DNA of 64,000 nt, taken from the NCBI GenBank assembly GCA_965204575.1, contig OZ241993.1, positions 1,728,001-1,792,000 on the forward strand. Reading direction: 5' to 3'. A program made the position numbers and the translations under genes. Of this stretch, positions 10,508 to 21,211 are shown piece by piece (positions within the stretch are counted from its first letter, which is position 1; each line of letters opens with the position of its first letter). The notes below the pieces were generated by a model. That model was not told where the DNA came from, searched no databases, and was given only the letters and a program-made list of their open reading frames with translations. Source of the DNA: an uncultured candidatus Porisulfidus sp. GTDB lineage: Bacteria > Pseudomonadota > Gammaproteobacteria > Poriferisulfidales > Poriferisulfidaceae.

Positions 10508-10780
10508 TACTATCTAGCAATTCTCATTTTGGCTGATTGCCTTCTCCGTTGAGGTTTCCCCACCCTGGCTTTTGCAGTTTCCGCCTTTGGCGTCATCGCG
10601 ACGAAGGGGCACCGCAACCCGCGAGCCGCCTGAGACCTCCCGTATTCACTCGCCAGACGATCTCCCAGCTGGTGCTTCAGGTATGCACAACGGAAGCGCG
10701 ATGCATATACAAGTGCGGGAGGAGTTTTTGTCCCGCCCTTTCATGCCGAATCGACAATCCACGCTAACTATAATGCGATC

Positions 10781-11773
10781 ATGAACGCGCCGGGAGAAAA
10801 ACTCCTTATTCGGCTCTGGGACACGCTCGAAAATGTCCTCGGAGGGCTAATGAGTCCTTGGCATATTCGACGAATTGGGCAGGCGCGCGCCGCGGCTCAG
10901 CGAGATGAGATGTTGGCTCTTGCCCAGACGGAGCGAGACATCAAAGAAATCCAATCCGGTCGTAAGGTTTTCACTGCGGATTGGCAACTTGCCGAAGCCT
11001 CGAGTCTCCGGACCGAACACTCATCTCGAGAGGCATCGAAACTGGCGGCCTTCGCGGCAACCACACAAAGCAAGCTCGTTTTGCGCGAAATCCGTGGCGA
11101 TAGGAATATCAGCGCAGCCGTGTCGCATGCGGAAGCTAATTTGAGGAACGATCCGCAGGAACCACCGGAGCGGACCGTTGACGAAGACTGGCTGTATCGC
11201 TGGAGAGATTCCGCAAGCAACGTATCCGCAGAGGAACTACAGTCCTTGTGGGGGCGCGTGCTGGCTGGCGAGGTCAAGTCACCGGGCACGTTCTCGCTGC
11301 GCACCCTGGAATTCCTGAAGAATTTATCGAAGGAGGAAGCGCGAAAAATCGAGAAGTTGGCACCGTTCGTTGTCGATGACGATTTTGTATTCAAAGGTGG
11401 GAGCTCGCTGGAGAAAGCAGGTATCACGATGAACTTTCTTCTAGGCCTCCAAGACTTGGGAGTCATCCTGACACAAGCTCTGCAGAAGCCATGGAAGTCA
11501 GTGTCGCCAGAAGAGTTCAAGCTGGCTCTCGTTGCATACACGCGAGCATTGGTCGTAACTCACCCAGACCCAACCAAGGAACTCGCTTTGAACGGTTATC
11601 GGCTTACGTCGCTCGGCAGGCAAGTCCTCAAGATCGGTACGTTCGCGCCGTGCGAGTCTTATCTTCGAAACCTCGGGCAGGCAATCCGCGATTTGGATTT
11701 CAACGTCGTTATTGCTCAATGGGAGTGGGTCACCGAGACGCAAGGGCGCTACTTCAACAGTGAGGATTTGTGA
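10781..11773 (+). CDS. DUF2806 family protein
   Basis: VDEDWLYRWRDSASNVSAEELQSLWGRVLAGEVKSPGTFSLRTLEFLKNLSKEEA is typical of DUF2806. Confidence 0.8.
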   Translation: MNAPGEKLLIRLWDTLENVLGGLMSPWHIRRIGQARAAAQRDEMLALAQTERDIKEIQSGRKVFTADWQLAEASSLRTEHSSREASKLAAFAATTQSKLVLREIRGDRNISAAVSHAEANLRNDPQEPPERTVDEDWLYRWRDSASNVSAEELQSLWGRVLAGEVKSPGTFSLRTLEFLKNLSKEEARKIEKLAPFVVDDDFVFKGGSSLEKAGITMNFLLGLQDLGVILTQALQKPWKSVSPEEFKLALVAYTRALVVTHPDPTKELALNGYRLTSLGRQVLKIGTFAPCESYLRNLGQAIRDLDFNVVIAQWEWVTETQGRYFNSEDL

Positions 11774-12849
11774 TTGGAACCGACTTTCGCCGGTGCACAT
11801 CTTGAACAGGCGGAACCATTCGCATGTGGGGTACTCAAAAAGGCAACTTGGACAAGACCTACATGCACGGGGCGACAGGGGCGACGTAGGCGCTGCCCAA
11901 CAGGCGCGCGAAAGCAAACCAAACTCGCGGGTTCTGGTCGAGTTTTCGCCACTATGCGGCGGAACAGACGCACACTGCCGCATGCCGTGATGAAAAGGGC
12001 GTTGGCGCACTCGAACAAAAACAAGACCGAGGCAGCCTTCGTCTGACCGCGGTCCGCGCAGGACTGCACCTCCGCCATTTCCTTGATCACGGTCTCTCTG
12101 ACAAATTCCACGGGGATCACTTCGGCGAGGCCTGCATCTTCCTCGAAGACGATGCGTGGTTTGCCGGTCTGCTCGCTGACAGCGACCTCCCGGCTACGGA
12201 GTTGCTGGCTGGTCACTCCTACGAGGAGGCAGTGTGTGTTCGGCTTAGTGTCCGCGATGGCCGCAAGTTCTGGCTTGAGGATGACTGGCCCATCGCTGTT
12301 GCCTGGGAAAACGGAGGCATCGATTAGGAAAGTGCATTCCTGTCGTTGTATCCAATCTTGGATTCTTGAAACGACACCATAGCAGACGACAGGAAAGTTC
12401 CGGGCTTCGCCGACCAAACCGAGAGGAAAGCCGATTACAAACACACCGTCGCCCTCAACCGGTTGGATACCTTCGCCAATCGTCGTTCCTACGTCTTCAA
12501 TGAACATCCCTAGGCCCTGCAACTCGCGCCCCTGGCGTAAAGGACTCGAATCTAGGAGAGGCGTGACGGCCAAATTGGCACCCGCCGGATGCAAGGTCCA
12601 ATCCCCCGAAGCGACCGTATGGGTCGCCGCTAACGTCAGTCCCGTGTCAGAATGGTTGAAGTGGACGCGCGTAATTGCGCCATCCACGACATGTTTATTG
12701 GTGACTAGGAATGCCCGATAAGGTGTTCGCTCATCCATGCTCGGCAGTGGGTGAGCGTAAAGGAAGCCAGTGCCTACATGGTGAAACGTAGTACTGTTTG
12801 TGCCCAAGGAAACAACGGCATCCAGGTATCCGGGAGGTATGAGGGCCAT
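11749..12849 (-). pseudogene. Trypsin-like serine protease, apparently decaying (altered catalytic motifs, read-through C-terminus)
   Basis: GTGFL and VTNKHV (His) present, but ANLAV where DLAV is expected and GNSDGP where GNSG(G/S)P is expected; tail after about 12060 looks non-coding and overlaps the DUF2806 end. Confidence 0.6.
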
Positions 12850-12963
12850 CTAACGTTCGGTGAGAAGATCTGTATGCGATGCCGTGAGACCCCTCGAATC
12901 TTTGCACCAAGTCATTTAATCTTGCGGTAGAATCATCAGAACATATTGTTTTTATTTGTATAT

Positions 12964-13054
12964 TGGCGGAGAGGGAGGGATTCGAACCCTCGATGGGGTA
13001 TCAGCCCATACTCCCTTAGCAGGGGAGCGCTTTCAGCCACTCAGCCACCTCTCC
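12964..13054 (-). tRNA. tRNA-Ser (GCT)
   Basis: GGAGAGGTGGCTGAGTGGCTGAAAGCGCTCCCCT-GCT-AAGGGAG, long variable arm, GGTTCGAATCCC, CCA end; classic position after csrA. Confidence 0.97.
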
Positions 13055-13064
13055 GATCAACGAT

Positions 13065-13253
13065 CTACTCTTCCTCGGATTCCCGCGCCTTGTCGCTTGC
13101 ATCACGCGGGAAAATCTCTTCGCGATATATACGAACATTTCTTGGCGCATCAATGCCAAGCCGCACTTGGTTTCCCTTCATTCCCATGACCGTCACCGTG
13201 ACCTTGTCATCGATAATCAGGGATTCACCGATCTTCCGCGTCAGAATCAGCAT
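13065..13253 (-). CDS. csrA: Carbon storage regulator CsrA/RsmA
   Basis: [16 protein letters not shown]...QVRLGIDAP...YREEI; alaS-lysC-csrA-tRNA-Ser synteny. Confidence 0.96.
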   Translation of the reverse strand: MLILTRKIGESLIIDDKVTVTVMGMKGNQVRLGIDAPRNVRIYREEIFPRDASDKARESEEE

Positions 13254-13294
13254 TCCTCGCGTCCCGGGCTTCCGGCCCAGGCAAAAACAGGCTC

Positions 13295-14527
13295 TCAGTG
13301 TAGCACTTCGCTGGCCTCCGCCAATTCGAACTCCTTATGCAGCACCTGGACACAGGTTTCAAGCAGCGCCTCTTCGATTACCACCGAGATCTTGATTTCC
13401 GAGGTGGAGATCATGGAGATATTTACGCCTGCATCGGCCAGAGCCTGGAACATGCGGCTCGCGATCCCCGCGTGCGAGCGCATCCCGACCCCGACCAACG
13501 ATACCTTGACGATGTCCCGGTTACCGCAGGTCTCGCGTGCGCCGAGTTCGCCGCCGATCTTCTCCAGAATCTCCAGCGCCTTGGCGTAATCGTTGCGGTG
13601 CACCGTAAAGGTGAAGTCCGCCGTACCGTCTTGCCCGACGTTCTGCACGATCATGTCCACTTCGATCTGCGCTTCGGCAATCGGCCCCAGGATACGCGCC
13701 GCAACACCCGGCATGTCCTGCACGCCGGAGATAGTCAATTGCGCCTCGTCGCGGTTGTGCGCAATGCCCGCGATAGTAGCCTGTTCCATGTTTTCAGCCT
13801 CCTCTGAGATCAGTGTTCCAGGGCCGGACCCGAACGCGGAAAGAACCCGTAGCGGAACATTGTACTTTTCCGCAAACAATACCGAGCGCAATTGCAGCAC
13901 CCTGGAGCCCAGCCCGGACATCTCCAGCATTTCCTCGTAGGTGAGGTGCTCCAGTCTGCGCGCCTCCGGTACGAGCCGGGGATCCGCCGTATACACCCCC
14001 TCGACATCGGTGTAGATATGACATTCGTCCGCACCCAGCGAGGCTGCCAACGCAACCGCGGTCGTGTCCGACCCGCCCCGGCCCAAGGTCGTCACTCGCC
14101 CAGACTCATCCATGCCTTGGAATCCAGCCACCACGACCACCTGCCCTTCGTCGAGAAGCCCACTCAAGCGGTCGCTGTCGATGTTCTTGATCCGGGCTTT
14201 GTTGGCTTGTCCTTCGGTCAGGATTCCCGCCTGCCGCCCGGTCAATGCAATGGCCGGGCACCCGAGCGCCTGCAGCGCCAGTGCCAGCAACGCAATGCTG
14301 ACCCGTTCACCGGAGGACAGCAACAAGTCCAGCGCAGGACCTCCCGCCTGCGAACTTACCTGGCGTGCCAGCGACAGCAGATGGTCGGTTTCCCCACCCA
14401 TCGCGGACAGCACCACCACCAAGCGATGCCCCTGGCTATGCTGCTCGTGAAGCCGCTCGGCAATCGTCAAGAGTTTCTCGGTGCTGGCCACCGAGGTCCC
14501 GCCGTATTTCTGTACCCACAGACTCAT
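13295..14527 (-). CDS. lysC: Aspartate kinase
   Basis: [24 protein letters not shown] domains ([21 protein letters not shown]). Confidence 0.96.
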   Translation of the reverse strand: MSLWVQKYGGTSVASTEKLLTIAERLHEQHSQGHRLVVVLSAMGGETDHLLSLARQVSSQAGGPALDLLLSSGERVSIALLALALQALGCPAIALTGRQAGILTEGQANKARIKNIDSDRLSGLLDEGQVVVVAGFQGMDESGRVTTLGRGGSDTTAVALAASLGADECHIYTDVEGVYTADPRLVPEARRLEHLTYEEMLEMSGLGSRVLQLRSVLFAEKYNVPLRVLSAFGSGPGTLISEEAENMEQATIAGIAHNRDEAQLTISGVQDMPGVAARILGPIAEAQIEVDMIVQNVGQDGTADFTFTVHRNDYAKALEILEKIGGELGARETCGNRDIVKVSLVGVGMRSHAGIASRMFQALADAGVNISMISTSEIKISVVIEEALLETCVQVLHKEFELAEASEVLH

Positions 14528-14528
14528 A

Positions 14529-17129
14529 TCAGTGCAGCCGCTCGCGAACCCATTCCGGAATCGATTCCAATGCCTCCTTCAACGCCTCCGGATGATTCCC
14601 TCCGGCCTGCGCCATATCCGGGCGGCCCCCGCCCTTTCCGCCAACCTGACCGGCCACGGAATTAACCAGGTCCCCGGCCTTGATTCGCTCGGTCTGATCC
14701 GGGGTCACCCCGGCTACCAGTGTCACTTTTTTGTTCTTAACCGAGGCCAGCACGATCACTGCACTGCCCAATTTATCCTTGAGTTGATCCAGCATGCTGC
14801 GCATGGATTTGGCGTCAGCGTCCACCTGAGCGCTCAACACCTTGATCCCTTCGACCTCCACCGCTTGCTGCGCCAAGTCCCCGCCCGCCCGGTGCGCCTG
14901 CCGGCTCTTGAGCCGCTCCAGTTCCTTCTCAAGGCTTTGGTTCTGTTCGACCAGGCGTTCAAGCTTTTCGCGGAAGTTGTCCGGCACGGCCCGAATCATC
15001 TCGGCCGTGTCGCGCAATAACTCTTTCTGCTCCCAGGCCCAGCGGTTCGCCACCGCCCCGGTGAGGGCCTCGATCCGTCGCACGCCGGACGCGATACCCG
15101 TCTCGCCGACAATGCAGAAGAACCCGATATCCCCGGTTCGCGAAACGTGCGTGCCCCCGCACAGTTCCATCGAGAAGTCGCCCATCCGCAGCACGCGGAC
15201 TTCCTCTCCGTACTTGTCGCCGAAGAACGCAAGCGCGCCCGCATCCATCGCTTCCCGGAACGGCATGACCGTCGATTCCGTCTCGTAGTTCCGGCGGACG
15301 GCCGCATTGACCATTTCTTCGATCCGGTGTAATTCTTCCGCCGTGACCGGTTGCGGATGCGAGAAATCGAAGCGCAGCCGGTCTGGTGCGACCAGCGAAC
15401 CTTTCTGCATTACATGAGAACCCAGAACCTCGCGCAGAGCCGCATGCATCAGATGCGTGGCGGAATGATTGAGAACAATCGACTGGCGGCGTTCCGCATC
15501 TATCTCCGCAGTCACCGAATCGCCGACTTTCAGGCTTCCTTCGCGCAGCCGGCCCAGATGCAAATGGGCCTGCCCATGTTTTTGCGTGTCGCGGACTTCG
15601 AACCGGGCATTCTCGCCGCGCAGCCAGCCGGTGTCACCAACTTGCCCACCTGATTCGGCATAAAACGGGGTCTCTTCCAGTACCACGACCGCGTCGTCTC
15701 CCGCTTCCACCGCCTGCACGCTGCGCCCATCAGCATAGAGCGCGGCCACCGAACTGTCCTGGCTGGCCCGTTCGTAACCGCTGAAGCGACCATCCTGCGC
15801 CACATCCTTGAGTTGGGAGTAATCCACCGAAAACTGCGCGGTATCCCGAGCACGGTCGCGCTGTTCGTCCATTCGGCGTTCGTAATCTTCGACATCGACC
15901 GTCAGGTTGCGCTCCCGGGCGATGTCCTGCGTCAAGTCGATCGGGAAGCCGTACGTGTCGTAAAGCAGGAACGCGAGTTCTCCCGGGATGGTCTTGTCCT
16001 GAAGCTGGGCCAGCCCGTCGTCCAGAACCTTCAAGCCCGTCTGGAGCGTCTGCGCGAAACGTTCCTCTTCCTGCAGCAAGGCCTCCTCGATACGGTCGCG
16101 GGCTTCCGCCAGGTCCGGATGGGCTTTTCCCATCACGTCGACCAGCGGCCCCACCAGACGATGGAAGAAAGGCTCGGTCAGGCCGATCTTGTTGCCGTGG
16201 CGCAAAGCGCGGCGAATGATCCGGCGCAGCACGTAGCCCCGCCCCTCGTTGGACGGCAGCATGCCGTCCATGATCAGGAATCCGCTGGTCCGGATATGGT
16301 CCGCGATCACGTTGAGCGACGCCGAATGCGGCGTCTCCGAATTCACCATCTCGGACGCGGCCTGCCGCAACGGGATGAACAGGTCCGTCTGATAGTTGTC
16401 GTGCACGCCCTGCATGACGGCCGCGATGCGCTCGAGCCCCATGCCGGTATCCACCGACGGGCTCGGCAGCGGCTCCATGCTCCCGTCCGCTTCGCGCCGG
16501 TACTGCATGAAGACCAGGTTCCAGATCTCCACGAAGCGGTCGCTGTCGTCGCCCTGTCCCGGCGGCTTTCCGGGAATCCCTTCCCCGTGGTCGTAGTACA
16601 CCTCGGTGCAAGGCCCGCACGGCCCGGTGTCGCCCATCGACCAGAAGTTCTCTTCCGCGCCCAGCCGCGCCAGCCGCTTTGGATCCACCCCGATGCCTTC
16701 GAGCCAGATCTTCTCCGCTTCGTCATCGTCCTGGTACACCGAGACCCAGAGCCGGTCCGGCGGCAACGCCAGGGTGTCGGTCAGGAACTCCCAGCAGTAC
16801 TGGATCGCTTCTTCCTTGAAGTAGTCGCCGAAGCTGAAATTCCCCAGCATCTCGAAGAACGTGTGATGCCGGGCGGTATAGCCGACGTTCTCCAGGTCAT
16901 TGTGCTTCCCGCCGGCACGGACGCAACGCTGTGCGCTGGCCGCCCGGGGCGGCGTGCGGGTTTCGTGCCCGAGGAAGACGTCCTTGAACTGCACCATGCC
17001 GGCATTGGCGAACAGCAGGCTCGGGTCGTTCGCTGGAACCAGCGGACTGGAAGGCACGACCTGGTGGCCGTGACCCGCGAAATAATCCAGGAAAGCCTGG
17101 CGGATCTCGTCGCTTTGCTGACTAGTCAT
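14529..17129 (-). CDS. alaS: Alanine--tRNA ligase
   Basis: [58 protein letters not shown]; start placed at ATG 17129 with GGAG. Confidence 0.98.
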   Translation of the reverse strand: MTSQQSDEIRQAFLDYFAGHGHQVVPSSPLVPANDPSLLFANAGMVQFKDVFLGHETRTPPRAASAQRCVRAGGKHNDLENVGYTARHHTFFEMLGNFSFGDYFKEEAIQYCWEFLTDTLALPPDRLWVSVYQDDDEAEKIWLEGIGVDPKRLARLGAEENFWSMGDTGPCGPCTEVYYDHGEGIPGKPPGQGDDSDRFVEIWNLVFMQYRREADGSMEPLPSPSVDTGMGLERIAAVMQGVHDNYQTDLFIPLRQAASEMVNSETPHSASLNVIADHIRTSGFLIMDGMLPSNEGRGYVLRRIIRRALRHGNKIGLTEPFFHRLVGPLVDVMGKAHPDLAEARDRIEEALLQEEERFAQTLQTGLKVLDDGLAQLQDKTIPGELAFLLYDTYGFPIDLTQDIARERNLTVDVEDYERRMDEQRDRARDTAQFSVDYSQLKDVAQDGRFSGYERASQDSSVAALYADGRSVQAVEAGDDAVVVLEETPFYAESGGQVGDTGWLRGENARFEVRDTQKHGQAHLHLGRLREGSLKVGDSVTAEIDAERRQSIVLNHSATHLMHAALREVLGSHVMQKGSLVAPDRLRFDFSHPQPVTAEELHRIEEMVNAAVRRNYETESTVMPFREAMDAGALAFFGDKYGEEVRVLRMGDFSMELCGGTHVSRTGDIGFFCIVGETGIASGVRRIEALTGAVANRWAWEQKELLRDTAEMIRAVPDNFREKLERLVEQNQSLEKELERLKSRQAHRAGGDLAQQAVEVEGIKVLSAQVDADAKSMRSMLDQLKDKLGSAVIVLASVKNKKVTLVAGVTPDQTERIKAGDLVNSVAGQVGGKGGGRPDMAQAGGNHPEALKEALESIPEWVRERLH

Positions 17130-17545
17130 CTCGACTCTCCCGAAGTGCCGCACCGACCGCCCGTCTCGCGATCCCGCCCGGATACCCCCGCTGGTTCAGG
17201 AAACGCAACTGTTGCTGCCGCGTTCCCGTCTTTCGGCGCAAGGCTTCGCAGGCGCGTTCAAATTCCCCTTCCCTGGCCAAAGACTCGAACTCCTGCGCAA
17301 TGTCTCCCGGCACGCCGCGTTCGCGCAATTCGCCCGCCACGCGAAGGCTGCCGTAGCCGCGATTCATCAGGGAACGGGTGCAGGCTTCCGCAAAACGGTC
17401 GTCACTCTGAAGGTCCTGCTCGCGCAGTGTCGCCAGCGCCGATTCCACCGCCTCGGCGGAAAAACTCCGCGCCCGCAGCTTTTCGCGTAACTCCCGGCTC
17501 GAATGTTCGCGTCGCGCCAGAAGACTGACCGCCTGCTGCACGGCG

Positions 17546-17565
<20 letters not shown>
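17122..17565 (-). CDS. recX: Regulatory protein RecX
   Basis: [28 protein letters not shown]; between recA and alaS. Confidence 0.92.
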
Positions 17566-18595
<1,030 letters not shown>

Positions 18596-18699
18596 AGGTG
18601 ATTTAACCTCCCTGTTTCAAGGGCGGTTCCGGTTTCGCAAGCGTATTATTCCACAGGGGCTGCCCTGGATTAATCCGGGGGCGCTTCGCCCTGAAAGTA

Positions 18700-19188
18700 C
18701 TAGGAAATCTCTTCCGCCAGCCGACGCAATGCATGCAGCACGGACGCCCGCCGGACCGCGTCGCGGTCGCCGGAGAAATCCCGCCGTTCGCTGCATACCT
18801 CGCCGCCCGCGCGCAGGAACGCGAACCATACGCAGCCAACCGGCGCACGTTCCGTCCCGCCGGATGGCCCGGCCACGCCGCTGATCGCGCAGGCCAGGTC
18901 GCATTGCGCACGCTCCAGGGCTCCTGCCGCCATCGCTTCGGCCACGGCCCGGGAAACCGCGCCTTCCTGGCGGATCAGTTCCGGGTCGACACCCAGCGAT
19001 TCGCTTTTCGCCTCGTTGCCGTAGGTCACCCACCCGCACCCGAACCAGTCCGAACTGCCCGGCAGGTCGGTGCAGCATTTGGCGAGCCAGCCACCGGTGC
19101 AGGATTCGGCTGCCGCCATGCGCAGGCCCTGTGCCCGGCTGCGGTCAGCCAACACTTTTGCCGCTTCGAGCAACGATGCGTCGTCCAT
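18700..19188 (-). CDS. pncC: CinA C-terminal / nicotinamide-nucleotide amidohydrolase
   Basis: AESCTGG, GSSDWF, TYGNEAK, GAVS, SGVAGPSGG; upstream of recA. Confidence 0.9.
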   Translation of the reverse strand: MDDASLLEAAKVLADRSRAQGLRMAAAESCTGGWLAKCCTDLPGSSDWFGCGWVTYGNEAKSESLGVDPELIRQEGAVSRAVAEAMAAGALERAQCDLACAISGVAGPSGGTERAPVGCVWFAFLRAGGEVCSERRDFSGDRDAVRRASVLHALRRLAEEIS

Positions 19189-19242
19189 GCCCCAATCATA
19201 CCCGCTTGACAAGCCATCTCGCTTGCTTCACACTCCTCCAGC

Positions 19243-19255
19243 AGTGTATTACACT
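19243..19255 (+). promoter_or_regulatory. Palindromic operator overlapping a putative -10 of the MNT-HEPN operon
   Basis: Perfect inverted repeat AGTGTA-T-TACACT; TTCACA-17bp-TACACT promoter-like spacing; AGGAGG RBS downstream. Confidence 0.55.
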
Positions 19256-19276
19256 ATGTAACACATAGGAGGAGCC

Positions 19277-19810
19277 ATGAATACTCCGACAATCAGTTTC
19301 CGCGTGCGCCAGGACTGGCAGGCCGACATCCGCGAATTGGTCAACTACATCAAAGACGACCCGGAATTGATCGGCCTGGCGCTGGAATACGTCCGCAGCG
19401 AACCCCGGCCGGAGCCCGAGGCCGAAGCCGCAAATGAAAATATTGGCCCGTTCCGCAATGCGGGGGCGGCTCTTTCCGTTCTGACGACGAACCTGGCCAT
19501 TGCATTCCAGCCCGATGCCATTTTCCTGTTCGGCAGCCGCGCACGCGGCACCGAACGCCCGGACAGCGACTTCGACCTGATGGTCGTGACTCCGGACAGC
19601 CAGCCTCTCGACCACCTGTCGGTGCGAAAACCCGTCGCCGGGTTCGGCATTCCGGTGGACGTGGTCCCTTGCCGCTACTCCGCGTTCGAGAGAAACCGGA
19701 ACGTGCCCGGCATGCTCCCCTACGAAGTCGACCAGGAGGGGAAATTGCTGGACGCGCGCATCGACGGTCCATTCTGGACACGCTATCGCGAGGCGTTCCC
19801 CCTGCGATGA
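19277..19810 (+). CDS. Minimal nucleotidyltransferase (MNT) antitoxin-like protein with N-terminal extension
   Basis: FLFGSRARGTERPDSDFDL (GS-x10-DxD); ATGA overlap with the HEPN gene. Confidence 0.85.
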   Translation: MNTPTISFRVRQDWQADIRELVNYIKDDPELIGLALEYVRSEPRPEPEAEAANENIGPFRNAGAALSVLTTNLAIAFQPDAIFLFGSRARGTERPDSDFDLMVVTPDSQPLDHLSVRKPVAGFGIPVDVVPCRYSAFERNRNVPGMLPYEVDQEGKLLDARIDGPFWTRYREAFPLR

Positions 19811-20196
19811 CCTTTCCGCTCGCCTTGGGACTCCTGAAGGCGGCCGGACGGGACGCCGCCGGCATCGAGCGCCTTCTTCCAGACCTCCCGGACCTGGCCG
19901 CCTTCCATGCCCAGCAGGCCGCAGAGAAACTCGCGCGCGCCGTATGCCTGCACGAGGACCTTCCGGGCCTTCACTCTCACGACATCGCGCGAATTGCCGA
20001 ACAGCTGGCCCAGGAGCACCCGCTCAGGAAAAGCCTCGCCAAACTCGACAGCCTCACCGGGGCGGCAACCGCCTGGCGTTATCCGGGCGCCGAGGGCGAA
20101 CTCCCGAAACCCCCCGAACCTCGTGAAATTCGGACGGCACTCAAACAGATCAAGAGCACTGAGGCCGAAATTCGCGATTGGCTCTCAGCTTCGTAA
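19807..20196 (+). CDS. HEPN domain protein (COG2250-like), partner of the MNT
   Basis: AAFHAQQAAEKLARA, HSHDI, RYP motifs; ATG at 19807 overlaps the MNT stop. Confidence 0.85.
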   Translation: MTFPLALGLLKAAGRDAAGIERLLPDLPDLAAFHAQQAAEKLARAVCLHEDLPGLHSHDIARIAEQLAQEHPLRKSLAKLDSLTGAATAWRYPGAEGELPKPPEPREIRTALKQIKSTEAEIRDWLSAS

Positions 20197-20220
20197 CCCT
20201 CTCAGGGCCTGTCCACTGCC

Positions 20221-20400
20221 ATGTACCGCAGCGACGAAGATTTCAGGTTCCAGTTGTGCGCCCTGATCTTTTTTATGGCTTCTCTCGGCTTTTTAATCTT
20301 CGCCCTCATGACGATGGCGAAGGAACGTACTGAGGCCCGTTTCCAAGATCAGCTGGAAGCCTGCAATGAGCGTTTGGGTGCCATTGTTCAGGATGATTGA
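20221..20400 (+). CDS. Putative 59-aa single-TM protein, unannotated; 3' half antisense to a degenerate EEP fragment
   Basis: MYRSDEDFRFQLCALIFFMASLGFLIFALMTMAKERTEARFQDQLEACNERLGAIVQDD; weak RBS. Confidence 0.4.
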   Translation: MYRSDEDFRFQLCALIFFMASLGFLIFALMTMAKERTEARFQDQLEACNERLGAIVQDD

Positions 20401-20544
20401 GCGCTGCCACCTTGATCCTGAGCAAGCGGGATTGAAGCAAGCACACACGTAGTCCAACTGTCGCGCGGCCGTTGCAGGGGTCTGCTTGGTGGAATGGAAT
20501 GTCGGAACGCTGCCACTGTCCTCGGAAGAGCCGGCAGACCATGG
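20328..20544 (-). pseudogene. Degenerate duplicate of the 3' end of the EEP nuclease gene (copy of 21213-21427)
   Basis: Aligns by eye over about 215 bp, with shared blocks GGAATGGAATGTCGGAACG, ACACGTAGTCCAA, CAGGGGTCTGCTTG; indels present and SDH changed to NAH. Confidence 0.85.
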
Positions 20545-20597
20545 AAAAACGCGAAAAACTCCCGGAAATCCGACTTGCAGGTACCTAGAGATGCATC

Positions 20598-20610
20598 TAA
20601 CTCATTGATT
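20598..20610 (+). promoter_or_regulatory. IHF-consensus site
   Basis: TAACTCATTGATT matches YAA-N4-TTGATW in an AT-rich intergenic stretch. Confidence 0.4.
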
Positions 20611-20755
20611 CTAATATTGAAAGAATGGTCTAAAAATTCCGGCCATTTTTCCTTGATTTCCGTTGATTCTGTGTCATCATCCCGACTTGGGCCATGCAGG
20701 CCCCTCCATGGAGGAGCCTCTCCACATCACCCCATTCCTGTCAAGGAGGACCGAC

Positions 20756-21151
20756 ATGAACCCGCACGCCAAAAAGTCCGGCACCAACCCCGATCAACGC
20801 GAGAAAGCCACCCCGCCCCCGCCTTCATTTGATACACTTCGAGCTGTCGAGAGATTGAAGAATGCGGAATTCGGAGAGAAGCAGGCCGTGACCTTGGTCG
20901 AAACCCTACAGAATGTGCAAAGCGAGTTGGCCACAAGAGCCGACTTGGAAAAGACGGAACTTGCCTTGCGCGGTGACATGGAGAAGATGGAATCTAGCAT
21001 CCGTGCCGACATGGTGAAGATGGAACTCAGGCTACGCAGCGACTTTGAGAGTCAATTTGTCTCACTGCATCGGTTCTTGCTTATCGGCGGAGGCGTCATG
21101 ACCGCCATTCTCAGCGTCGTAATCACTCTCGCCACCACTCTCGCCAAGTGA
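20756..21151 (+). CDS. DUF1640/CCDC90-like coiled-coil protein with C-terminal membrane anchor
   Basis: FDTL...L..AEF.EKQA head, LATRADL neck, 11-residue coiled-coil repeats, C-terminal hydrophobic helix; AAGGAGG RBS. Confidence 0.8.
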   Translation: MNPHAKKSGTNPDQREKATPPPPSFDTLRAVERLKNAEFGEKQAVTLVETLQNVQSELATRADLEKTELALRGDMEKMESSIRADMVKMELRLRSDFESQFVSLHRFLLIGGGVMTAILSVVITLATTLAK

Positions 21152-21211
21152 AGGCGGCCTGCACACGCTCATCCACCTATTCCAAACACACCGCAATCAT
21201 AACCAAACCAC

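Noticed and set aside
12848-12854. Integron core site GTTAGAT overlapping the protease ATG (also GTTTAAC at the MTase stop, 38268-38274)
   Set aside because: No complete attC palindrome with matching R and L boxes found and no intI; 7-mers occur by chance
18665-18678. Possible LexA box upstream of recA (CTGGATTAATCCGG)
   Set aside because: Spacing and right arm do not fit CTG-N10-CAG; kept only as an unexplained near-palindrome
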